NCBI GenBank assembly: GCA_025061735.1
Contig: JANXAU010000044.1
Span: 13,933-77,932, forward strand
Direction: 5' to 3'
DNA: 64,000 nucleotides
From: Candidatus Bipolaricaulota bacterium
GTDB taxonomy: Bacteria > Bipolaricaulota > Bipolaricaulia > RBG-16-55-9 > DRXL01
The position numbers and the translations under genes were made by a program. Below, one piece after another: positions 24,973 through 32,785 of this stretch. The notes under the pieces are model-generated. The model searched no databases, was not told where the DNA came from, and worked only from the letters and a program-made list of their open reading frames with translations. Position 1 is the first letter of the stretch. Each line of letters opens with the position of its first letter.

Positions 24973-25084
24973 GGTAGCTGGGAGAGAGTTTACACCAGCG
25001 CGTGGGGATTTTCAACTTCCTCCAAACGTTGATAAAAACAGTCCGAGTTATTATAATCTCTATGAAGAAAGGACGAGACGGAAC

Positions 25085-25735
25085 GTGCTCAGAAGACTGC
25101 TGATCGGAATGCTCATCGTCATCGGCATGGGCTGGGCGAGCCTAATTACCTATCTGTACTTCTTCTACGACGCCGGCCTCCAAGCCCCTGGTGCGCTCCG
25201 TCGGGAGGACCAGATCAACGAATTTGTCCTGAGATTCAATCAAGGGACGTTTCTGGACAAGAACGCTCAGGTCCGTCGCGACGCGGAAGGCCCCTATCTG
25301 GGCTTTCGCGCGCCCGATTTTGAGCTGGCCGATCTCGATGGCAATTACGTGCGATTGAGCGATCTGGTGGGCCGGCCGATCTTGCTGAACTTCTGGGCCT
25401 CGTGGTGCCCCCCCTGCCGCAAGGAGATGCCCGATCTGCAAGCCTTCGCCCACGAGCACGGCGACAAGATCGCCGTCGTCGGCGTCAATTGGAACGATAC
25501 CCGCGACGAAGTCGAACGCTTCTTGAACGAATACGGCGTCTCTTATCTCAACCTCTTGGATACCAACGGGAAGGTCTTCGTGCGCTACGGGTTAACGGGT
25601 CTGCCAACAACGTTCTTCATTGACGAAGAGGGCATCATTCGCGGCAAGTGGCTCGGCTCCCTGACCAAAGCGGATATCATCTCGGCTTTTCAGAAGACGA
25701 CTCGCGCCTTCGACGAAACGAGCCGATCCCCATGA
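25085..25735 (+). CDS. resA: ResA/TlpA-like thiol-disulfide oxidoreductase
   Basis: TM anchor then a WASWCPPCRKEMP active site. Start is GTG 25085 or ATG 25109. Confidence 0.8.
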   Translation: MLRRLLIGMLIVIGMGWASLITYLYFFYDAGLQAPGALRREDQINEFVLRFNQGTFLDKNAQVRRDAEGPYLGFRAPDFELADLDGNYVRLSDLVGRPILLNFWASWCPPCRKEMPDLQAFAHEHGDKIAVVGVNWNDTRDEVERFLNEYGVSYLNLLDTNGKVFVRYGLTGLPTTFFIDEEGIIRGKWLGSLTKADIISAFQKTTRAFDETSRSP

Positions 25736-27162
25736 GCGCTTTCTTCAAAGAGATCGCCCAAGACTTATATAGATTCTTCACGTCTATCACGCTGGCGATC
25801 GTGTTGATCTCGCTCATCGCGCTCTTCTCGTTCGTGGGCACGCTCATCCCTCAGGAGGCGTTTACTCGCGAAGTAGATTACATCGCGCGTTTTGGGTTTG
25901 AGGGCTATCAGATTCTCAAGCAGCTTCAGTTGACCAATATCTTCGGCTCGTGGTACTTTCTCTTCGTGATGGCGCTCTTCACGCTCAATCTGACGGCCTG
26001 CACTGTCAAGCGCCTGCGCGCCTCATGGCGCTACTGGAAGCTTCCGATGCTCGCGCTCTCCCCCGAGGCGCTCCAGCGCCTTGAGCACTGGCGCTCGTGG
26101 GAGGGCCCCATCGCTCCGGAGACGGCCCAGCGCATCGAGCGAGTCTTGCAGCGACGAGGCTATCGGGTGCGTCGGGAGTCGTCGCAGTTGCTGGCGGAGA
26201 AATGGCGCTGGGAGCGCTTCGGGATCGATCTCTTTCATATTGCGCTCCTCGTCGTCATCTTCGGCGGGCTGGCGACGATGCTCTGGGGATTTCGAACGTT
26301 TGAGATCGCTCACAAGGGGAGCCTGATCCAACTGCCGGGGGCCGATTTTCAATTGAGAGTCAACCGATTCTGGAGCGAGAACTATAAAGACTCCGAGCGC
26401 GTCATGGACTGGCACACCGAGCTTACCGTTATTGAGAACGGTCGTGAAGTCTTCACTCAGACGATCGAAGTAAACGCGCCGTTGCGCTACAAAGGCTATA
26501 ACGTCTATCAGTCGGCGTTTGGAACGGATTGGCAAGGGGCGGCCAACGTCACGTTGGCGATCTCGCGGGCCGATGGCACCGAGCTGGGCGAATTCACCAG
26601 CACGGTCAACGAGGGCTTCGAAATTCCCAACGAAAAGATTTTCGTGAAGGTGGGCGCGTTTCTCCCCGATTTTGCGCTCACCGAGAACTTGATCGCTTAC
26701 AGCCGCACGCAGCGCTTGGAGAACCCCGGCGCTTATATCGAGATCTTCGATCTGAACGGGACACGATTGATGCGCACGTGGGCCTTTGCTCGGACAGATA
26801 TGCAGCAATTCTGGGAGAGTTCAATGGCCCGCGTGAGCGGTGCATCTCCCTATCGCGTGCGCTTGGTGGGGATGACCGCTCCAGAATTTACGGGGCTGCA
26901 GATCACCAAAGACCCCGGTCGTCCGATTGTCTATTTTGGCTTTCTCTTTGTCGTCTTGGGGCTGCTGGTGCATCTGTATTTTAAGCATCAGCAGATTTGG
27001 GTCTATCTTGGGGAGAATCGGATTATCATAGGAGGGATGGCACGGAACCGTCCGCGCGCGTTTGTTCACGAGTTTGAGCGCTTGCTCAAAGAGATAGAAC
27101 AGATCGTTCCAAAGGAGGAACCAGAACCATGCGCTACCCTAGTGTCTTCTTCTTCTACCTGA
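25732..27162 (+). CDS. resB: cytochrome c biogenesis protein ResB/CcsB (system II)
   Basis: ATGA overlap with resA. ResB architecture: N-terminal TM helices, a large extracytoplasmic domain and a C-terminal TM helix. Confidence 0.8.
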   Translation: MSAFFKEIAQDLYRFFTSITLAIVLISLIALFSFVGTLIPQEAFTREVDYIARFGFEGYQILKQLQLTNIFGSWYFLFVMALFTLNLTACTVKRLRASWRYWKLPMLALSPEALQRLEHWRSWEGPIAPETAQRIERVLQRRGYRVRRESSQLLAEKWRWERFGIDLFHIALLVVIFGGLATMLWGFRTFEIAHKGSLIQLPGADFQLRVNRFWSENYKDSERVMDWHTELTVIENGREVFTQTIEVNAPLRYKGYNVYQSAFGTDWQGAANVTLAISRADGTELGEFTSTVNEGFEIPNEKIFVKVGAFLPDFALTENLIAYSRTQRLENPGAYIEIFDLNGTRLMRTWAFARTDMQQFWESSMARVSGASPYRVRLVGMTAPEFTGLQITKDPGRPIVYFGFLFVVLGLLVHLYFKHQQIWVYLGENRIIIGGMARNRPRAFVHEFERLLKEIEQIVPKEEPEPCATLVSSSST

Positions 27163-28247
27163 GCACGTTGAGCTATCTCGTGACGTTTGTGCTCTATCTG
27201 CTCCACGCCGTTTTGAAAAACAGTTCTCATCCTGTCTCTCTTGCTGACAAGGGGCGGGAGCCGAGATTGGGCATCGTCGCTTCTGGGGCTGCGGGGAGCC
27301 TCAGCAGCATCGATTGGGGTCGGTGGGCGACGCGCTCTCTGATCGTCAGTCTTGTCTTCTCTACGCTAGGTGTGCTCTTTCGCTCCATCGAGTTGGGCAA
27401 CGCTTCGCAGTGGGTCAAAGCGTTCTTCCTGCCGCTCTCGACGACCTATGAGACCCTGACGTTCTTCTCTTGGTTGATTCCCTTGGTCTATCTGTGGGTC
27501 GAGCGCAAGTTTGGGGTGAAGCAGATCGGAGTCTTCGTCACCGGTGCGGCGTTTGTGATGCTCTCGGTCGCAGCATCGCCAAGCTTTGCTCCCAGCGCCC
27601 CCACGGGCGTCCCGGCAAGCTTGCAGAGCTATTGGCTGACGACGCACGTGCTCTTTATGGTGATCGGGATTGCGTTCTTCACCAGCGGCTTTGGCGCGAC
27701 GCTCGTCTATCTGTGGCGTCGCTATCAGAAAAAGCTCTTTCTCTTGTTCGGGGCGCTGCTAGGGGTCATCGGGGGGATCATCTTTGGGGTGATCCCGCTC
27801 TTTGCGACGCTTCAGCCCCTCAAGATGGCCGCGTCGGTGGCGTTGTTGATAGCGCTGGGGGCAGGGTTTGGGTGGCTGCTGCTCTTCGTGCACCGAAGAG
27901 AGCATCAGCCCGTGTCGTGGGAGTATTTAGAGAATATCGAAGAGATCGTCTATCGCTGCAACGCGATTGGGTTTCCGTTCTACGCGATTGGGGGGTTGGT
28001 CTTTGGGGGGATTTGGGCGGAGCAGGCGTGGAGTCGCTACTGGGGCTGGGACCCCAAGGAGACGGCGATGCTGGTGACGGCGGTGGTCTATGCTGTGTAT
28101 CTACACGCGCGCTTGACGTGGGGGAATCGCGATCCGGGGTGGCGCGGGGGCTTGGTGGGGTGGCTCTCGGTCTTGGGGTATTTTGCCGTGCTCTATGCGT
28201 GGATCGGGATCAATTACTTTGTGGCGAGCTTGCACAGCTTTGTCTAG
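27129..28247 (+). CDS. ccsA: cytochrome c biogenesis protein CcsA/ResC (haem exporter)
   Basis: WGWDPKE Trp-rich WWD-type motif and the His residues of the haem-handling domain. Confidence 0.85.
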   Translation: MRYPSVFFFYLSTLSYLVTFVLYLLHAVLKNSSHPVSLADKGREPRLGIVASGAAGSLSSIDWGRWATRSLIVSLVFSTLGVLFRSIELGNASQWVKAFFLPLSTTYETLTFFSWLIPLVYLWVERKFGVKQIGVFVTGAAFVMLSVAASPSFAPSAPTGVPASLQSYWLTTHVLFMVIGIAFFTSGFGATLVYLWRRYQKKLFLLFGALLGVIGGIIFGVIPLFATLQPLKMAASVALLIALGAGFGWLLLFVHRREHQPVSWEYLENIEEIVYRCNAIGFPFYAIGGLVFGGIWAEQAWSRYWGWDPKETAMLVTAVVYAVYLHARLTWGNRDPGWRGGLVGWLSVLGYFAVLYAWIGINYFVASLHSFV

Positions 28248-28303
28248 CCACTTGACCCCCAAGCGCTCATATGCTATAGTAAAGCATCTGTGATCTTTGG
28301 AAG

Positions 28304-28582
28304 ATGCCTATGGTCAAACCGGAACTGCTCCTGCGCAGCAAGATCGCCGAGCGCGACGGCAAGGAGATCGAGATCCGCACCACCGGCAGCGCCGATCAGT
28401 TCAAGTCTTATTGCTATGTGCTGCAGCGGGGCACCGGGCAGGGAGCGGTCGAACTCGAAGCCTATCGCGATGAGCTAGACGCCCGCGAGGGACATCTGCG
28501 CTGGATCCGCCGTCGCGATCGTTGTCTCTCGTATCTCGAAGCCCTCGGCTTGATCTGCCGCAGCGGGCACCTGTGGAAGTAA
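28304..28582 (+). CDS. hypothetical small protein (92 aa)
   Basis: Stand-alone ORF, preceded by a 6-bp inverted repeat (gcatct…agatgc) and followed directly by a strong hairpin. No recognisable domain. Confidence 0.35.
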   Translation: MPMVKPELLLRSKIAERDGKEIEIRTTGSADQFKSYCYVLQRGTGQGAVELEAYRDELDAREGHLRWIRRRDRCLSYLEALGLICRSGHLWK

Positions 28583-28585
28583 CAA

Positions 28586-28607
28586 AGGGCGGCTGCTCGG
28601 CCGCCCT
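28586..28607. terminator. GC hairpin (agggcggc-tgctcg-gccgccct) directly after the small-ORF stop
   Basis: Perfect 8-bp stem, no U-tract. Confidence 0.45.
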
Positions 28608-28630
28608 AGGAGGTGAGAGGGTTAGCGACA

Positions 28631-28657
28631 CTTGGTCGGGGGTCTATTCCGACCAAG
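28631..28657. terminator. second hairpin (cttggtcgg-gggtctatt-ccgaccaag) in the convergent intergenic region
   Basis: Perfect 9-bp stem; could serve either convergent transcript. Confidence 0.4.
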
Positions 28658-28740
28658 CCCAAGGAGGTGATTCCACGCCCCGATTGTAACGCTCTTCGCC
28701 CTCCCTTGTCGGTAATCTCTTATACAATTCGCCCAAGTTC

Positions 28741-29694
28741 TCATAACTGCTGCACCCAGCGCACCGTCCGTTGGAGACCCTCGTCCAAGCTCACGCGCGG
28801 CACAAAGCCCAACAACCGCTGAGCTTTCGCGATCTCTAACGCATTACGACGCACCTCGCCCACCCGCGGTGGTGTGTAACGGGCATTACCCTCGCTTGGG
28901 AGAAGCGCTTTTAATTTCAAAAAGAGCCGATTGACGCTGGTCTCGTGCCCCGTCCCGATGTTAAACGCCAAGTCGTCTATCGAACGCACCGGACGACGAT
29001 TCAGTTCTGACAGTCTTTCCGTCACCAAGAGATTGGCCCACGCGACGTCGCCGACGAAGACGAAATCACGAGTCTGCTCGCCATCGCCAAAGATCGTCAC
29101 GGATTGGCCCTGAGCTAATAGGCGGGCAAAAGTGCTCACGACGTTGCCGTCGCCCTTGGCGGGCTGGCGCGGCCCATAGACGTTCGCGTAGCGCAGCGCG
29201 ATATACTCTATCTGATGCGTCTGCTTGGCGCTGAAGAGATAGTGCTCGCTGGCGAGCTTGGCGACTCCATAGGGGCTGATGGGCCTCTTGGGGCTCTCTT
29301 CAGGCGAGGGGATTCTCTCAGCGTCCCCGTAGAGCACGCCCCCCGAAGAAGCAAAAATGATCTTGCGCACGGAGAACTCTTTGCAGCATTCTAAGATATG
29401 GAGCAGTCCCAAGAGATTGACGCGGGCGTCAAAAGACGGGTTGTCTACGGAGATGCGGGGGTCTATCTGGGCTGCGTGGTGATTGACCAGCTCGATCTGC
29501 TCTTGGGCGAAGACCTCGCGCAGCTCGTCAAAATCCGTGATGTCTATCTGATAGAATTTCGCGTTGGGGTTGAGGTTCTCGCGCCGGCCCGTCGAGAGAT
29601 CATCTACGACGACGACATGATGGCCGTGCGCGATATAAGCATCTACGACGTGCGAGCCGACAAAGCCCGCCCCGCCCGTCACCAAGATGTTCAT
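28741..29694 (-). CDS. NAD-dependent epimerase/dehydratase (UDP-glucose 4-epimerase family)
   Basis: N-terminal VTGGAGFVGSH Rossmann motif and the YxxxK catalytic region (SPYGVAKLASE). Confidence 0.8.
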   Translation of the reverse strand: MNILVTGGAGFVGSHVVDAYIAHGHHVVVVDDLSTGRRENLNPNAKFYQIDITDFDELREVFAQEQIELVNHHAAQIDPRISVDNPSFDARVNLLGLLHILECCKEFSVRKIIFASSGGVLYGDAERIPSPEESPKRPISPYGVAKLASEHYLFSAKQTHQIEYIALRYANVYGPRQPAKGDGNVVSTFARLLAQGQSVTIFGDGEQTRDFVFVGDVAWANLLVTERLSELNRRPVRSIDDLAFNIGTGHETSVNRLFLKLKALLPSEGNARYTPPRVGEVRRNALEIAKAQRLLGFVPRVSLDEGLQRTVRWVQQL

Positions 29695-30083
29695 GCGCTC
29701 TCTTTCTTGCGCACCTCCTTCCAGATGCGATCCAAGATGCCATTCACAAAGGCGGGGGAGTGCTCGCCCCCGTATTTTTTGGCCAGCTCCACCGCCTCGT
29801 TGATGACGACTTCCGGAGGGATATCCTCGCGATAGAGCAGCTCATAAATGGCCAATCTCAGAATATTGCGATCTACGGTGTGGAGGCGCTCCAAGCGCCA
29901 GCTCTCGGCCCGCTGCGCGATCAGCCGATCTATCTCCGGCTGCTTGGCGCTCACGCCGGCCGCGACCTCCCGCACGTAGGGGTCTTCGTGAGCCAGCTCG
30001 TCGTTGGAGACAGGGCGAAAGTCGCGTTGGAAGAGCCACCGAAGGATTCGTTCGCGGGCGGCACGACGAGAGAGCGTCTTCAT
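29691..30083 (-). CDS. nusB: transcription antitermination factor NusB
   Basis: ARERILRWLFQ…VDRNILRLAIYELL signature; 130 aa. Confidence 0.85.
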   Translation of the reverse strand: MKTLSRRAARERILRWLFQRDFRPVSNDELAHEDPYVREVAAGVSAKQPEIDRLIAQRAESWRLERLHTVDRNILRLAIYELLYREDIPPEVVINEAVELAKKYGGEHSPAFVNGILDRIWKEVRKKESA

Positions 30084-30274
30084 CTATAGAGCGACGAGAA
30101 GAGATCGCGGATGCGCTCGCGGATCTCTTCGGATTCTAATAGCTTTCCCACCAAAAAGCCTACCAAGGCCAGCCCGATCACCAGAAAGAGTTCCTCGCGC
30201 AGCCAATGCCACAACAGCCCAACGGCCACCCCAATCGCGGCTCCAACGACGCTGGGAGTCAGACGATCTATCAC
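30080..30274 (-). CDS. DUF2273-type small membrane protein
   Basis: 64-aa two-helix hydrophobic protein in the conserved asp23-amaP-DUF2273 position. Confidence 0.55.
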   Translation of the reverse strand: MIDRLTPSVVGAAIGVAVGLLWHWLREELFLVIGLALVGFLVGKLLESEEIRERIRDLFSSLYR

Positions 30275-30840
30275 TCCAGCTCTCCTTGGAAGAGCGGCTT
30301 CTCTTCAGGAATCCGCGTGACAATCCCCGCGGCGATGATCTGCACGCGCCGCACCTTCACACCCACCCGATCTTCTACGCTCTCTTCAATGCTCTTTTGA
30401 ATCCGCTCCGCGGTGTGGAGCACGTTCTCGCCGATGGGCAGCTCGGCCCGTACCACCACGTCCAGCCCATCGCCGCGATTCTCCAAGGCCACGCGAAAGC
30501 GCGCCAGCCCAAAGTCTTGCTGCAAGAGCTTCTCTATATACGAGCGAATCGCAAAGAGCGAGATCTTCACCGGACCTCGCGGGCTCTCGTGTTGGATGTG
30601 GCGCCAGCGCCGACGGCTCTGAATCCACTGAGCCAGAAAATACAAACCCACTAAGAAGAAGATCGCCGCAAAAAGATCTAACACAACAATAACCCAAATG
30701 CCGCTGCTCTCGTGCAGCAGCAGATCCATCAAGGGCAGCCAGCGAAAGGCCACTAGCAAAAGCGCCACCGCTCCCAACCAACTGCTCAAAAAAGCCCCCA
30801 CATACAGCAACTCAATCAACAGATCCGACGCACGCTTCAC
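30271..30840 (-). CDS. amaP: alkaline shock response membrane anchor protein AmaP
   Basis: N-terminal TM helices followed by a soluble domain, immediately downstream of asp23. Confidence 0.6.
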   Translation of the reverse strand: MKRASDLLIELLYVGAFLSSWLGAVALLLVAFRWLPLMDLLLHESSGIWVIVVLDLFAAIFFLVGLYFLAQWIQSRRRWRHIQHESPRGPVKISLFAIRSYIEKLLQQDFGLARFRVALENRGDGLDVVVRAELPIGENVLHTAERIQKSIEESVEDRVGVKVRRVQIIAAGIVTRIPEEKPLFQGELE

Positions 30841-31256
30841 GGCTCTCTCTCCTCCTTCTGAACCTTCCTCTTCGCCCCCCTCTCATCCCCCAGATCGAGT
30901 TCTTGGATGTAGACATCTACCGCGCTCACGCGCAATCCCGTCATCCCTTCTATCTCTTCTTTGACTTTGGCCTGCACCTTGCGAGCCACCTCGACGAGGG
31001 GATAATCATACTCGACGACGAGCTTCAACCGCACGCGAATCGACTGATCTCCCGTAAGCTGCGCGGCCACGCCCTTGCCATGGCGCTCCTCGCCCAAGAT
31101 GGCCGCCAACCCGTCGGTGACGCTCCCCTTCAGATCGCTCACCCCCGGAACCTCCTTGGCCGCGATGCTGGCAATCGCCCCGATCACCTCTTCGGCGATC
31201 GAGACCCGACCGCTGCGCGGCGTGCGCTTGGCAGAATTCACGGGACGCGAAGCCAT
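30837..31256 (-). CDS. asp23: Asp23/Gls24-family alkaline shock protein
   Basis: Asp23 family core (…IAAKEVPGVSDL…GVAAQLTGDQSIRVRLKLVVEYDYPLVEVARKVQ…). Confidence 0.8.
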   Translation of the reverse strand: MASRPVNSAKRTPRSGRVSIAEEVIGAIASIAAKEVPGVSDLKGSVTDGLAAILGEERHGKGVAAQLTGDQSIRVRLKLVVEYDYPLVEVARKVQAKVKEEIEGMTGLRVSAVDVYIQELDLGDERGAKRKVQKEEREP

Positions 31257-31257
31257 A

Positions 31258-31818
31258 CTAGCGCTGCACGCGCTCGATATACTCCCCCGTACGCGTGTCT
31301 ACTTTCACCCAATCGCCCGGATTGATAAAGAGCGGGACCTTCAGCTCCAGCCCCGTCTCCAAGATCGCCGGCTTCATCACGTTGCTCACGGTATCGCCCC
31401 GGACTCCCGGATCGGTCTGCTTCACTTGCAACTCCACGGTGATAGGGACGTTCACCTTGACAAACGCCCCGTTATAAAACAGCCCGGAGACTTCCATGTT
31501 CTCCTTCAAATAGGGCTTGACATCGCTGACTTGTTCCTCCGTCAGCGTGTACTGGTCGAACGTCTCGGTGTCCATGAACGTATAGAGGTTTCCGCTGCTG
31601 TAGAGATACTGCATCGGGCGTTCGTCCAGGCGCACGATCTTGACCGGGGCCGAATCGAAGAAGTTCTGCGGGATGACCTTGCCCGTCTTGAGATGGCGCA
31701 GCCGACACTGCGCCACCGGGCGCCCTTGGGCCTTCTTGACGTGCGCGTACTCCTCGATGATCCACAGCTCCCCTTCGTATTCGATCACTTTGCCTTTGCC
31801 CAAATCGCTGACACCCAT
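31258..31818 (-). CDS. efp: translation elongation factor P
   Basis: Three-domain EF-P with the conserved C-terminal GDTVSNVMKPAILETGLELKVPLFI. Confidence 0.9.
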   Translation of the reverse strand: MGVSDLGKGKVIEYEGELWIIEEYAHVKKAQGRPVAQCRLRHLKTGKVIPQNFFDSAPVKIVRLDERPMQYLYSSGNLYTFMDTETFDQYTLTEEQVSDVKPYLKENMEVSGLFYNGAFVKVNVPITVELQVKQTDPGVRGDTVSNVMKPAILETGLELKVPLFINPGDWVKVDTRTGEYIERVQR

Positions 31819-31833
31819 CGTCGTCCTCCTTTG

Positions 31834-32688
31834 TCAATTCTCGGTGGCAATCTCCGTCGCTCGTTTGCGTTCGGTCCATTTGATGGCCCAGAGCGTGGCT
31901 TCGTAGAGGATGATCAACGGCAGCGCCATCGCCGTCTGGGTGAACGGGTCGGGGGTCGGTGTCAGAAACGCCCCCAGCACGAACGCTAACACAATAGCAT
32001 ATTTGCGGTTCTCTCGCAAGAACGTGTGGGTGACCAGTCCGATCTTGGCTAAGAGAAAGAGCACCATGGGCAGTTCAAACGCCAGCCCAAAGCCGAGCAT
32101 CATCCACAAGATAAACGAAATATAATGATCGAACGTGAACGTCGCTTGCAGATAGGGGCCACCCAAGCCGACGAAGAACCGAATAGCCGCGGGGACGACA
32201 AAGAAGAGACACCCGAAAGCGCCCAGATAGAAGAGCCCAGCGCCCGCAGTGAAGCCGTAGCGCGCGTATTTCTTCTCGTGGGGGAAGAGCGCTGGGACGA
32301 TAAACTGCCAGATTTGGTACAAGATAAAGGGCGCACCGACGAGAAGCCCTACCGAGAGCGCTAGTTTAATGTATCCGAAGAAGACCTCCGTTGGGCGGAT
32401 GAAGATCAAGCTGCCCCCTTGGAAGAGGAAGCTGCGGCACTCGAAGGCCAGTTGAGACCAGCGCTCTTCGGGCATCTGCGGGAGATGGGGGTCGAGCAGC
32501 AGGGTGCGGCAGGATTCGAGCAGCCGTAAGAGTTCGGCGCGCGATCCCGTGAGGGCGCGCAGCGGCGCGGTGAGAAACGCTAGGAGCTGCTCCCGGAAGA
32601 TATACGCCACGATAGCAATAGCGAGAACGACGACCAGGGAGTAGATCACGCGGGCGCGCAGCTCGTCGAGATGTTCCCAAAGGCTCAT
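31834..32688 (-). CDS. tatC: twin-arginine translocase subunit TatC
   Basis: MSLWEHLDELRARV N-terminus and six TM helices. The first periplasmic loop is ~25 aa longer than in E. coli TatC. Alternative upstream starts exist, up to 32754. Confidence 0.8.
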   Translation of the reverse strand: MSLWEHLDELRARVIYSLVVVLAIAIVAYIFREQLLAFLTAPLRALTGSRAELLRLLESCRTLLLDPHLPQMPEERWSQLAFECRSFLFQGGSLIFIRPTEVFFGYIKLALSVGLLVGAPFILYQIWQFIVPALFPHEKKYARYGFTAGAGLFYLGAFGCLFFVVPAAIRFFVGLGGPYLQATFTFDHYISFILWMMLGFGLAFELPMVLFLLAKIGLVTHTFLRENRKYAIVLAFVLGAFLTPTPDPFTQTAMALPLIILYEATLWAIKWTERKRATEIATEN

Positions 32689-32785
32689 TTGATTTGGATC
32701 TTTCCTGGGCATAGGGCTTGCTGGGATTATACGAAGCGGATGCGAGAAAGGCAAACGCTAAGAACTCTTGAAGATCTCCGGAAAC

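Noticed and set aside
28613-28822. 69-aa ORF beginning right at the AGGAGG-GTG in the convergent intergenic region.
   Set aside because: It has zero spacing between the Shine-Dalgarno-like sequence and the GTG. The ORF spans two terminator-like hairpins, and its peptide is low-complexity and overlaps the epimerase 3' region.
31075-31989. Long ORFs on the strand opposite to efp/tatC (304 aa). Similar cases occur at 23162..24073 and 23332..24114 (opposite yidC), 26023..26808 (opposite resB), 27470..28255 (opposite ccsA), 30004..30654 (opposite amaP) and 43240..43743.
   Set aside because: They overlap genes with clear family signatures. High GC suppresses stop codons on the antisense strand. 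Their sequences are Arg/Ala/Pro-rich and of low complexity with no motifs.
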